DNA from: Trichoplax adhaerens
Lineage: Eukaryota > Animalia > Placozoa
DNA: 64,000 bases
Direction of reading: 5' to 3'
NCBI RefSeq assembly: GCF_000150275.1
Contig: NW_002060951.1
Span: 250,775-314,774 of the forward strand
Of this stretch, positions 40,175 to 53,580 are shown piece by piece; the stretch's first letter is position 1; each line of letters begins with the position of its first letter. The position numbers were made by a program, and so were the translations under genes. The notes under the pieces are model-generated. The model searched no databases, had not been told where the DNA came from, and saw nothing but the letters and a program-made list of their open reading frames with translations.

Positions 40175-42815
40175 CTCGACGATATCACACCTTCTGTACG
40201 CGACTTCTGATAGGAAAACCTAAATGAGGCTCGTCGAACTAGTGTACTGTATAGTAATAAGTTCAAAGTTGCTGGCTATGATATATTTAGTCGTCATTTG
40301 GAACTTTCCTCGCTGACAGATCTTCCATTACAGAAACATTTTCAACACCATAAACCAAAGAAATCGAAAGACTCGTCCACTTTCACTGGCGAAAAACACC
40401 TGTGAAATGATGTACGTTAGCGCATATTTGTATCAGAATAGTGATAAATAACGCTCTTTTATGCCAATACAGCCTGAAAGATCAGCAATGTTTACAGTCC
40501 ATGTCAGACGGATCATGACTACCCTTATTGAAATTGTTTTATCCATCTATTTCAGTCTCAGATTCCTCTTCTTTTTTCCTCATCTAGACAACTACGCTTT
40601 CCTTCATAATAGTCATGTTTAGAGTAGTTAAGTGCATTAATGGACTCTACTCAGTGCTAGAATTAATCGATATACATTCAAAGGTTACAGTCTATCAAGG
40701 CCAGTTGGTAATATAATAAGTAAGTATTCACCTATCAACTACCCCTTTCTTATACCGTACAAAACAAAATGTTCAAATCCCAATATTTTTCTTACAATCC
40801 AAATGTAAGCCTTCAAAATTTCAAATTCTTGACATGCTTTTAAAAGACATGCAAGAATTGTAGAGGAGTGTCGCAACTTGTATTTTAACGGTCTATAGAG
40901 AGTAGACGAAAATTGACTTCAGTCAAGTAAAGTGGAAGAATTGCCAAAATTTGTAGAAGGTATTACAGTACTGTTAGAACTTGACATCATCGTAGACTTG
41001 CGGTACAGTACGTAATAGTAAAACACGATCATCATACTTGGTCTTGAAAATACTCCCAACTATCTACTGTATCTACCTGATTTTAACGACTGAAATTCGA
41101 CTTACCGTATTGGCCTTCGAAGAGCTCTTTACTATCATTTATCATTAGTCATTATTGTCGTAGCGACAAGAAAAAGTCGGAATAGATATACTGTATACGC
41201 GTAGAGCTATTAAAACCATTAATTTATGGAACTAGACACTGTCGACAGCCATGTTGAGTTAAGAAGTCAATCCTCCCTCATACACGCAAAATCTCCATAT
41301 ACATATGCGATTACGCGTACATACGAATATATCGTAAGAAAGTTATACACTGTGCAATGCACATTAGCAGTATCTGAAATGTTTTAATGAAGAAATGACT
41401 AGTTGACTTGAATCACTTCTTGGAATTCACTAAAATTGACTGAAACACTAACGTAGGTTATAATTTGTACGTGATAATTGTGGTAGTGGCAACTTGCAAG
41501 GATGTTCTGTATTTATTGTTGGAGTCTGTACTAACGTAATCCAATGCATCAGTAATGCTACTTTCAAAACTAAATCCAAGAATCATTCTAGTGCTGATAT
41601 AAACTGTTTTTTGATAGCACATTGAAAGTATTCACTAAGTTATTTGGCGATACTGTGATGACCTTTTTTCAATACATCCTATCCAGAATGTTTGTATGCT
41701 GTTGGCACTTTATCGTGTCTTCTATACTTTCGCTTTGAATGGCTCATGGAAAATTAATTAATTATGTGCGGGTATAGCAAAAGCGATTTCTTTTTTTTCT
41801 ATCACCTTGCTTGATAAAACAGCATTGAATTGCAAAGTTGAATTTCTCTACACTGAGTTTGTTAGTAAAAGATACAGTAGTATTCATTTTTGACTGATGG
41901 AATAGATTCCCTATCTACGACTATGCTTGATATTCTATTATGTTGACAATAAATCGATCCTAATGCTGCTATGATAAATTCATATGCGCTTTTATGAATC
42001 CTAGTGGTCTTGATCTCACTTTGTTGTCACTTTCAAGTCTGCAAATAGTTTTTAGCGGCATTGAAAGACTGCAACGCTCGAGATAATTTCGCTACAGTGT
42101 TTAAAATCTTCATGATAAATGCGTACGTATACCTGGCTTTAGCTTGCATTACGTAACAAATTCGGAGAACAAAAACAGCGAGCCAACTCTGTCCTGAAAT
42201 GATGTGGAGATTGCCACTTCATTTACCTGCTCAAGTCGTTACTTGGTAGCTGCATCAAGTAGGCAATAGTGCCCTTGTTATACTTTACGGCTTATGAGCT
42301 GTATTATTTCAAAAACCCTCAATTAATTTCGATATGCTATCCTGCCCATCCTGCACCTTACATACGTACGCTCTTGCATCTCGAGTTGAAATTTTTCTGA
42401 TCCAATATGTATTTGAGCTACGATTCACATAATTGTCCATTTTATTAGTATTACGGTTATGTGAATTGCTGTAGGTTTTGTCAATTTCTATAATTTTTAA
42501 ATTTAATTTTTTATTATCGACGACATTGATTTTAATTATACAGTAATTATCGGTAGCGGAAACTAGCCCTCTATCATTAGGTAATACTGCAAATCTTTAA
42601 TAAATGACAAAATACCATATTCTATAATGTACGTATAGTAGGTATAGAATACGTAATCATCTAATCTATCTTCACAATAAATTCGAATCATCATGATCAA
42701 TACTGAACGATTGAAAACAACCACTGTACCTGCAGCGCTATTTCATTAATTAATTTTAATCTAAAGTATATTTTCTTTTTCGCATGGATTTAAAGCATTT
42801 CAATTAAGTTTCAAA

Positions 42816-45800
42816 ATGACGTATAACTACGATACTGTGGATTTGGATAAGATCCTAAACGATTTAGAAAATGAAGATGATCATCCTCAAGGTAAGCAGC
42901 AATCTATATTGTACTGTTGCTTTACCTAAAGCTATCAAATAATTCTTTATCATGCCGTGCTGTTTTGCTGCTTTCAACTAGAATGATCAAATAATTCGTG
43001 TTGGTCTTATTCTTTACGTATCATTACTTCATATATATCATGAATTTATAGCACCTCATATTTACTGACCGTGGTGTTTATTCCGTCGTATCAGATAAGC
43101 TACCTTACCTTATTATAGGATTTTAAGCTTTTTAATATCTACAATAAGATAGTTTTGATTCATATTACTATTTATCACCTATCGAAATTGTAAATGCAAT
43201 AGATTTTGATTGTTGACATTGACAATTGTCATTTATATACGCGTATATTAATTATGCACGTAGATTACTGTAGATGCATCGAATGCGAATGACTTTTGCA
43301 GCACAGCTTAATGTAGATAATGTCAATATCACATTATATATATACAGTAAGTGCATTATATTTATCGATGTGCAGACCACTCTCTCTCTCTTGAGTCGAA
43401 TATCCTTGTGTCTTCTGTTATTTTAATGTGTTACAAAGCGGCAGCGGATACACTACTGTATTATTGTACTATATGCGTATATAGAGTATCACGGAATGAT
43501 ACTGCTTCAACAGCGTTAACGAGCATTGCCGTACAGTAGTATAAATTTAACACTCATTCAATCTTATTATAACGTCTATAAATGAAGTAAATTATTGTCT
43601 CTTACAACATCTAAATTTGAACGTTAGGACTATCGATGCAGCCGCCATTGTATCATCAAAATAGCACTGTCAATCGTCCCAGTGCTATGACCCCTGACAA
43701 TTACCGCAAATCAAATAATCTCAATAAGAAGCCTATTCCAGAACCAACGACCCATCGACCATTGAATAGAAGTAATGCAGTTAAGCACCCCATACCTTCT
43801 ATTAACAGTAGCTCTCACAATCGTAGCATCATGGAAGAAACCACATCCAGCAGTGTCTATCCATCATTGGCTGCATTTGAGTCATCGAATACTGGAGTAA
43901 TTGAACAAGGCTATCCAAGCAGTGATAGCGCTAACGCTTTGATTAATAGTGATTATAATAAAAATAATAATTTGCAACATAGCAGCAGCTCAGTTAACCG
44001 TAACCTATATGGCTTTCTAGCTGGACACAATTCCATTAATAGCGAAGCCAATGGGTACAGCAGCGATCCCGCTGGCGGAAATGTAATCACAACCACAAAC
44101 AACGTTAGTACTAGCGACGCTGACTATTATCAGAATTTTATTAACCAAAATAGCACCGGTAATGGCCATCCAAACCGTAGTTATAACGATAGCTCAGAGA
44201 AAAGGAGTACTAAAGTCCCCGTGCAACCTTCATCTGATAATGAAAGTGATAATGAGTGGGAAACTATGCTGGATAAATATGCATCACCTATACATGTAAA
44301 TGACAAGACTGGTAATCAAGCGAATTCTGCTACTCCTACATCTACCTCAATTGCTAGCAATACTAATCATGGTAATGCGCAAATGCCTAGTTCTGGCCAA
44401 ATCAATAATTCTACCAATGAACTCAGTACTGCTTTAGATATTGATAATATTTTGCCGAAGTTCGATATTGCAAGCCTTAAATCTGATTTCAATTCAATAC
44501 CATCTTCTGGTAGTTCATTACATCCTACTTCAAGTAATGATATTGCCCCAGAAACAAATAGTACTAAATTAAAAACACCGAGTAACCATTATACAGGAAA
44601 TTTATCGCATCAACCTAAAGTTGATGCGGATTCTAACGAAGCTCCTACAAGTTTTGAGAACTCTCAGTCTACTCAACATGTTTCAATGGTTCCTACTTCT
44701 CATGACAACAGGATTGTATCGCCTGAAGGTGACATTACTCAAGGATTGGTATCTTTTTCGAACAATGATAACATTAATATTAATCATGATTTAGAAAATA
44801 ATGTTGTATGGGATAAATCTGAAAACAATGATGCAGCTCCCTTACATAAAGAGAGAAACGATGAGATATCTACTATAGGAATTGTAAATACCGAGATAAA
44901 CGCTATCAGCAATGTGAATAACCATGAAAATTTCAGTTTAACTGATACAACATCAGTTGATACGTCAAGCATGTTTCAAGATAAACAAAATCTTAGCAAT
45001 TTTTCAACGAATAAAACCAATAATCAAGAATCATCAACATCTACCTCATCTGATAAAAATAGAAATAACAATGAAGTAAGTAGCAGTTACAACAATATTT
45101 CAACCCAGCTGGAAAGTGTGTCCGGATCTTTCAAGAATTCTCACCAAAGTACATCGGATAAACTCTCAACCGACATTTTATCGCCAGTATCAATCATTGA
45201 TAACACAAACAATCATGTTAATGATACTAGTAGTGAATTTACTGTAAAAAATGATGTTACAGCTAAGAATAACGCTTTCAGCAACTTGCCAGACTTAAAC
45301 GGTCGTATCAGTGGAGGAATGAAGTTACCAGAAAAATTCGGTAGCGATCAACCTGTTAAGAATTTCGTAGAATCTGCCAGCAAAAGTGGTGATAATACTA
45401 TTTCTACTGTTCATGAGTCAATCGAAAAGACTAATTATAATGTGTCAGGTGTGATAGATAACGAAAAAGATAGAATTAGTTCAGAGTCTAGCATCGCTCG
45501 CTCTCTCTTGACTGATTTTCAAGATAAGAACTCAAATGACGATAAGGCAGCTAAGATTGATAATGAATTAAACTATGATAACGATACCTTACCACTTGCT
45601 TTGACTAATGGTAATGATTCTGCTACCGAAAAGATATCTACAGAAAGTTTTGAGCTCGATAATTTAATTTTAGATCCTTTGTACGAAGTTAAAAAACGTG
45701 ATACAACGGAGAATTTGGACTCGAATGATCTATCATCTTTGTTAGACATTAACTTCTCTACTGTCACCGTTACTCCGAATTCTGCTAATAGCATAACAAG

Positions 45801-48800
45801 TATCTCTTGTGCTGAAAACGTATCTCCCACCATTAAGACTGGTGATATTGATATTTCAAATAAAGAGACTATAGCGGATTCTATTTTAGAGCGACAAGTT
45901 TTAACCGATCAGGAAAAAGTGAGCGACCACGAGGAGAAATCATTAGAATCTAAATCATGCAACGAATCACTACTTATTGACAGTCATGGTAGTAATCAAG
46001 TTGATGCTAGCCATAACCAAGAAAATTCAAACGTATCTGATTTACATTTGGATAAGGATGATCTTTCTTCTGATATCAAATCTGTAGGCATTAAAATAAA
46101 CCCAGAGTATATTACAACAAATATACCCTACAGCAAGGACGTAATAGAAAATGAAGGGGCTAATAATTTAGATATCACTAGTAGTGAAGAAACTGCAAAT
46201 GAAAAGTCATCAATTATTAATACAGGAAATACACCTGAAGGGAATATTCTGTCTGATAGCAATATGGACTATCTTTCAAGTGATAATATTCCCGTAATCG
46301 ACGATCTCTTATCTGGTGTAATGAACGAATTAAATGGTAATGAAGATTATCATCAAGAAATCAACGATAATATTACTAACAGTGGAGGTAGGTTTGTTAG
46401 CAGAATTGATTTATCAGATACAGTGGCTTAGAAATTGACTTAAAAATCACTAAATGAAAACAATTCATGCTGTTGCAGGTGATGTAGCTGAAACTGATAT
46501 AGAAAATCCATCTTCAAATGCAACTACAGTTTCTGTAAATAATTCGATGGAAGTTAACTCTCATCCCAATAATGTTACAGATAACGGCAACTCCTTACAA
46601 GAATCTGAAGATAACTTTTTACGTTTGACTGACGATGTAGATTTAATTAGCGGCAGCAATGCGCTATCACAATGCATGGATCTTGTTCTTAATATGGATA
46701 ATCTGGAGCAGTTTCCCGAGGAACCAGTTTCGGAAGCAGCAGTAAAAGGTGATGTATTGCCGTCTACAAATACTATGAATGATGTCATGCCACATGATGA
46801 GTACAATGGAATTAAAAATACGCTTGAAACCTTGACAAATGGTAGAGACAACAGCCAAGTTAATGATAGATTATTAACGACGGCTACGGTAGACGCTTTG
46901 ATTCCAAGTAATGCGGAGCGTGCACCTGGCCATCTTACTGATAACAACAATGTACCAAGCTCAAGCGGTACATTTAGCGAAGAAAATTTTATGCAGACTT
47001 CAATCAATCCACAGATTAACGAAATGAGTTTAGTCGACGTTAGTAATGGATTACATTCTGATATTGCAAGTGATCAAGTCTCCAATCAGAACATACCGAC
47101 AGAAAATATAGTTGATGATATTAACAATAATGTTGCCGAAGCTGCAGCTTCTAGCAATCATAATGTTGGCCAGTCTGATGGAGGCACATCCAATTTAGCC
47201 AGTAGCGGGAGGTCAAATAAAGTTGGTAGAAGAAGCGTCAGGTTTGCTCCTACAGCAGAATATATTGGCATAGAAAATGTAACAGATGATGGTTTGCCAA
47301 CATCTCAACCTCAGGTTCTTCGTCGTAATATTCCAATTGACCAGAGCTACCGAGTTGGTTTGGCTAGTCAGAGTCCTCCAGATAATGAAATACCTTCAAC
47401 TGGATCTACACCAACAAATAGAGATGACCTTCCTAGTTATAGCCTTGGAAATCAGGCCGACAATCTAGCTGGCAGTCCTAATAATTTTGTAAGTAATGAT
47501 GCTACAGGCAACATGCCTCAACCTGACGTAAGTACATCCTCTGCTGATTACGTACCCATTACTCCTGCATTTCCTGGACTCGGATTTGAACGACCAACTT
47601 GGGTGTCGGATACGGAGGCCGTTCAGTGTATGCAATGTGGGGTTAAATTCACAGTTTTAAAAAGGCGTCACCATTGCCGCGCATGTGGGCAGGTAAATGG
47701 ACTTTGCATATCGCAATACGTGTGTAGTCTTAAATTATATCCCTCATATAAAAACTTGATATTTTAGGTCTTATGTGCTGCTTGTTGTAGCATGAAATTT
47801 GTGTTGACCTTTCTGAGTAATAAACCCTCTAGAGTTTGCCATATATGTTACCAGTACTTAAATCAACAACAGCAGCATCCCATTCGAGAACCAGCGCCAT
47901 CTTATGAAGAAGCAATGCGAGCTCCTCAGCCTCTAGATTATCAAACCGAAATAGCTGCGGGTTCTGCCATAGCTTCTACCACTGGCATGATCACACCACC
48001 GACGAATTTTCAACCTATATCTGTACAATCTTTAAGTCAACCAAGTACGAATGTTGTTTCTTCTTCTCCAAATACTAATGAAGTGCCTCAGGTTGCTTCC
48101 GGTAGTGAAACTAGCGTAGCTGAGGCCGCCAGTAGTCCAGATAACAGCAGGAGAGAAGGTAAAGACTGTAATGAATTGGTCATCGCCTTTATAGATTATC
48201 TTGAATTTAACGTTATTAATTTTTATTTCTCTAAGGTCAAGCATTATCTAATAATGGAGAGTCTAATGAAAGTGACAATAGGGGTGATACCGACGAAGGA
48301 AGGCAATTAAGTGGTATATTTTATGTTTATGTTGTTAAATTTCTGAAAAGTTAATTGTTACAATGACTGTTGTTAATTATTTATCTACCATGATGTAGAG
48401 ATTGAAGTTTGTACACGAAAACTACTCTCATTTACCATTAGTGAACGTGTTCGCGTAAAGGTCAAACTAGCAAACTGTAAGTAGCATGTATGAATTTCTC
48501 TTTAACTGTGTACCACATCACTGACCTTCCTTCATTCCTACAAATCAAATCTGTTACTTCCATTTAGATGCTGAAAGATTTTGTTGGTGCTTCTGTACGA
48601 GTGGATTATCGAACTATGGCCAGCAGGAATTGGTTATTGCTCAGTTAAATTTTGTTTGTAGTAGCATTTTCAAAATTAACTTAACCTTTTCCAATACTAA
48701 TTCTTGTTCGGTTAGGTAATTGTTTTGGAACGATTAAGTACTGACGATGTTGTTCCTCGTGGCATGTTAAAATTTTTTAAAGTGATATATAGACAGGCCA

Positions 48801-50883
48801 AGCAAGGTATGCATCTAAATTGGGATTGTATTCGAAAAATTAAGCTGAATACTATTTGCACAAATTAATATTGTAGGCGTACATGTCCGAAATATGGACT
48901 ACACAACCTTTACTTCCCCTCATCTTGGTCATAGTGATATAAGCGCATGTCTTTTCATTGAACATGCCGGCCAGGTAGCCACAGTGATTTAGATTTAACA
49001 ATTTTTTCAACTCTGCAAACTGCCTACTCAATTGAAGATGTTTTTATTTAGCCACTCATCAATTTAGTTATTCCCAAATCACCCTACCTATTTGGACTAC
49101 TTATTCATCGTAATGAACTGGTATGGGCTAGGGCTTTCCCTCTCCGACTTTTAGTAGGTCTCGGGAACTATTACAAAGGTAAAGCTTTGCTTAGTACAGT
49201 ACCCAAAAGATTAGACCGTTGTTATAGATAGGGATCGAATAACGCACTAATAACGATTTAAATGTTAAAATGATTTCGAAGTTTATAATATAATGTAAAC
49301 TTGTACGTGGTAGAATATCCTTATCCGATCTGGAGTTATCGAGATCGTCAAGCCCTCTTCTCTGAAATTGGTCATACCATAATGCGATTACTAATCGTAA
49401 GAATGATATTGGCTTATTAAAACTCTTTGAAATATATCATGGGTTCGTAAATATTAAATAGTCAGGTGCATATTCATGTTCTATTAGGATTTCGACTCTG
49501 GACAGTACACATTGGAGCGCATACCAGGACTTATTGTGCATTTAGAAAAGCGTAAAGTTACAATTACAATGGCCATGGACCAACATGATAAGGTCTCTAC
49601 TTTGCAAAGTAAATACTAGCACAGAGACAATGTTTCTAAAAATTCTATATCATGTATAATTATAGATATTGAAAGTCTTGAGTAAAAGCGATGAAAGGGT
49701 CTTAGCCTTTGGAGCAAACTTCAGTCCATTGGCTGACTCTGTACTGGTATGTACGCAAACGGATGGAGCCTATAAAGCTCAGATTATGTCAAGACCTGGA
49801 TATGACAGAAATAGTAAGATTCATTGTAACTAATTGCAATTAACTACCGTATCACTCCATTTTTGATAGCTTGAATCTTAATTTAACCTTTTCTTTTAAT
49901 AATAGCGATTGGAGCCAATTTTATCGTACTGAACTGTTCCTTAAAATCTGATAGCTCTTCGAGGATCAAAACTACAATCGTAGAAGGTTGATGCCTAGTA
50001 TTAATTTTGTAACTCTATTCTAGTGTAATAGTATTTTAATAACAAATTTAGTAATTTGCAATATATTCAACAAATAACATTAACAAAAAATCTTTACTGT
50101 TGCAGATGGTATAATGATGCAATTAAATACGGATGCTAACCGTTGCATAAGAGATGCTATTAGCAATATGACAGATTGTACAGTGGAGGGACATATAGCA
50201 ACAAATGATGAAGCACCTTTAACAACAGAAGATGATTTGGTTGTTATCAAGTGGACACCGAGTGATTGTACCGCAAATTTAGGGTAAGCGATAGGTGTAT
50301 TTTCGATTTTATGCGTCGTTTTTCTGAATGATCGTTTATGTAAATTTTGTAGCGTAATAAGTCATGTTGATGGCATGTCGCTGGCTGGGATTAAAAGTCT
50401 CGATATTTATGAACCAGTTCTAAATAAAAAGAAATCGAAAACCAAAGCTGCTCTACGCTGGACTAAATTGTTTTATCTGGATAGTGGGAGTGGAGGTCAT
50501 GCTGAAATTGCTACAACATTTGCTGAGATGTTGGCGCAAGCTATACATTCAGCTCTAGAACCATCAGAGGAATTATTTGTTGCAAAGAGCATCAGAGAAT
50601 TCGCTGTAAGAGTGACGCTTGATGGTGAAACGGTAATGACAAGTCGATATACTTGAATATCGTGGTTATAAGTTATAATTTAAAAATGGCAATTAAATAC
50701 TAACGCTATGCCACCTGGTTTATTTTTAACTTTTGATAGCATACGGAATACAAGGCTGGGTACCGAGGACAGCCACTGCCAGAAGAACTTATTGAACAAT
50801 TTGATGAATGTTTAATTCCGCTGTTACATCAAACCGGCTCTTCTATAACTAGCTGCATTGAGTTACTTTTTCGTGTATATTAA
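42816..50883 (+). CDS. FYVE zinc-finger protein of the SARA/endofin (ZFYVE9/ZFYVE16) family
   Basis: Exon 1 42816-42891 (MTYNYDTVDLDKILNDLE, the SARA-type N-terminal motif). Exon 2 is 2.76 kb and S/N/D-rich (43628-46387). FYVE domain WVSD..CMQC..RRHHCRACGQVLC..SRVCHIC. C-terminal DUF3480-like region (WCFCTSGLSNYGQQEL, PYLFGLLI, WARAFPLRLL, IGHTIMRLL, VLAFGANFSPLADSVLVC, LRWTKLF). Stop at 50883. Confidence 0.92.
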
Positions 50884-52532
50884 TGATGTGTAAGAAATTT
50901 TGTATATGCATATGACCTTACTTGGTGGATTCATTATAAGCTATTACGATTTGTTAACCTCGTTATGATTTTAATGATATGGATATACCCATAATAGCAT
51001 ATATGATTAATATTGCTGATTATCACATCACTACAGTGTTTCTTCAAGTTGTTGCCTAGCACAACATTGACTTCGGCCGTCATGATAACCAAGTGCAATA
51101 TTTACCGTGTCTAAGAAATATCCTAGCGAAATATTTAGAAGAGATCTTCAGCAGGAATGTTATAATTTATTTGATATGTTTGATCCATGCACGGTTGTGC
51201 TTAAGATATTATATACGGCATACATATAAAATCACTAACTGATACTAAGCAACATTATTATATTATATGGAAATTAACCGTTGATTAATTATAATCTGAA
51301 ATTATATCACTACTTTTATAATGTGTATACAGCATCGTAGATTACTTCAATATTATTCGGTAACTACTGATTGATTGTAGCTATTAAGAAATTATTTCGA
51401 TTATGCATATTATCACAAATGAATTTTTGGGATTATGGATGTCTGTATTATATAACACTATTTAAAATTTGGGTTAAATTTTTCAACTTATTGTTAATGT
51501 GTAGCAAATTATATCTTAAAATGCTGTTCTATTTATATTTTAATTAAGCTACGCTCACTTTTCGTTAGAATAAGTTGATATTGCATCTCGCCATGGATGG
51601 AGTGATCGAAAATAATTATTTACCATTAATAATACGAAAATGATCAGGATCAATAAACATTATTATACCATAGGTTTTTGAGGAATAGCTTGTGGATTGA
51701 ACTGATAGATTGAAAATATTACTAATGTATGATACGTACTAAGCTATGATGTACGGCAGATCTTAATTACAGAATACACCGTCGGTATTGGAGTAGAAGA
51801 AATGAATACGAATTCTTGGTCATACTGTAGATTTATTAATAGTTTCATAGACATTACCTTGTATTATGTGTAGCACCAGAATTCCGCTTATTTGATATTA
51901 TACAATTATTATTGAATTTGTAATGCTGATATCGATGGCTGATTGATTTTCTAGATACCTTACCTTTGGAAAATTTGGCTGATGACTTGAATACTCGATA
52001 GCTTATCTATTTACTAATATACTGTACGTGAGTGTACTGTATGTATGTCATACATATGAGTAAGTAGGTAGACAAGGAGAGCTAGGCGTAAGAGGAAATT
52101 ATTTGTGATTACAAAACGGATATTTGGGGATTCGTTGTTCGATTCTAATACGTTAAGTTTGGTATATTTCGCGTATTACCCGAGTATAAGTGTTGCTATC
52201 GAATGGTCTGACTGATGTACAGTACGTTATACTGTACTGTAGTAGGCACGAATGCTATAGGTAAAAGACATCAGTAAAGAACGAACTTCAAAGCAAAGCC
52301 AGTTTATTAGTTATCGATATAACTTGCATCAAGTTGATAACAATGTTCATGGAAATTAGAGCGAAAATATATTACAGAAACGGTTATTCAGGTCAGAACC
52401 ATACTTAAAATAAAAGTTTTCCATAAAAGATCCTTTAAAAGTGAGTAGGCCATGGATATGCAATTCTAGGATCATGTATTACGTAATGTTGCTGGATGGT
52501 AAGACCAATAGTAATAGGCTATAACAATTTTT

Positions 52533-53211
52533 TTAATTTTTCAATCCTGCAAGTTTCTTCAATCTCTCGTTTTCTTTAACTCTACCCATAAAACTGTCAT
52601 GATAGAATAATATTGCATATCAGAGAATTGTATTGAACACGAGTTTTATCTATCTTTTAATTATCTCTTTACATCCATAGTACGTATATAATAGCAACAG
52701 TAATCAGTCTTTCAAGATACTAGTTGACTGATGGCAACAATATCAATTTCAATCAACATTAACGACTGAACAGATTGCACTAATGCGTGAGTCGGTCACC
52801 ATCATATCGATCTTGTATCGGATAAGTTAAGCAAAAGTCTTGTCGGTTGAAAAGCTAATTTTCATTTTATGTCATCCGACATATTGTATTGAAAAGTACT
52901 TACTCTTCATATTCGCATTCATGCCAAGCATGTCGTTCATGTTGACATCTCCAAGGTAGGTAATAGTTTTCTTTCCTGCATTTCATCAGAGGGATATAAA
53001 CATGAGCGCAAAAGTCACGACGGTGCAATGGAACTTTTGCATCTTCCATTTCCTGGGCCGTAACTTGCATTTCTATCAATAAGAAATAATTTATCATAGA
53101 GTTCAGTATTGGTTGATAAACTGCCCGACTTCAACTATCATGACAGGCGTGGAATAATGCTTAAAATATCATCGTACTTTTATTAGGATAGCAGGGTTTA
53201 TTGTCAGCCAT
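52533..53211 (-). CDS. NDUFB7: Complex I subunit B18 (twin CX9C), 87 aa, 3 exons
   Basis: Exons 53211-53178, 53072-52904 (EMQVTAQEMEDAKVPLHRRDFCAHVYIPLMKCRKENYYLPWRCQHERHAWHECEYE), 52593-52533 (FMGRVKENERLKKLAGLKN*). Total 264 nt, in frame. Confidence 0.94.
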
Positions 53212-53284
53212 TTTTTCTCTCTCTCTCTCCAGTAGTGTCGTAGTCTGAAAAAGGGTACAACAGACTGTTACCGACGCGAGTGTT

Positions 53285-53580
53285 GGCTACAGTGTACAGT
53301 ACAGTACAGTGAATCACGTTTTGCTGTACTGTACAGTACTGTAGTTCTTCCAGACCGGACGGACTGAAGTACTGTACCGTTCAGCGGTACAGGGGTATAG
53401 ACAATCCACCAATCACGATCATCACTTCATAATTACAGTACAGCGTACTGTAATCTACAGTATCAGATACTGTGGTTAACTTACAATGTACTGTACTGTG
53501 CAAAGTGTATAGTACAGTATAGTACAGTAATCCTTATAGTGTACAGTACAGTACAGTACAGTAATCCTTATAGTGTACAG
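53285..53580. promoter_or_regulatory. GTAC array cluster upstream of NDUFB7 (possibly shared with MSH1)
   Basis: Dense array from ~75 bp upstream of the NDUFB7 ATG, including a 25-bp direct repeat gtacagtaatccttatagtgtacag (53522 and 53556). Confidence 0.65.

Noticed and set aside
38270-42816. WDR83/MORG1 expected head-to-head with WDR83OS as in human
   Set aside because: No WD40-like exons were found. The divergent neighbour is the ZFYVE gene.
43636-47767. 931-aa and 437-aa ORFs as separate genes, plus their antisense ORFs
   Set aside because: They are exons 2 and 3 of the ZFYVE9/16 gene, joined by a GT-AG intron at 46388-46478. The antisense ORFs are shadows.
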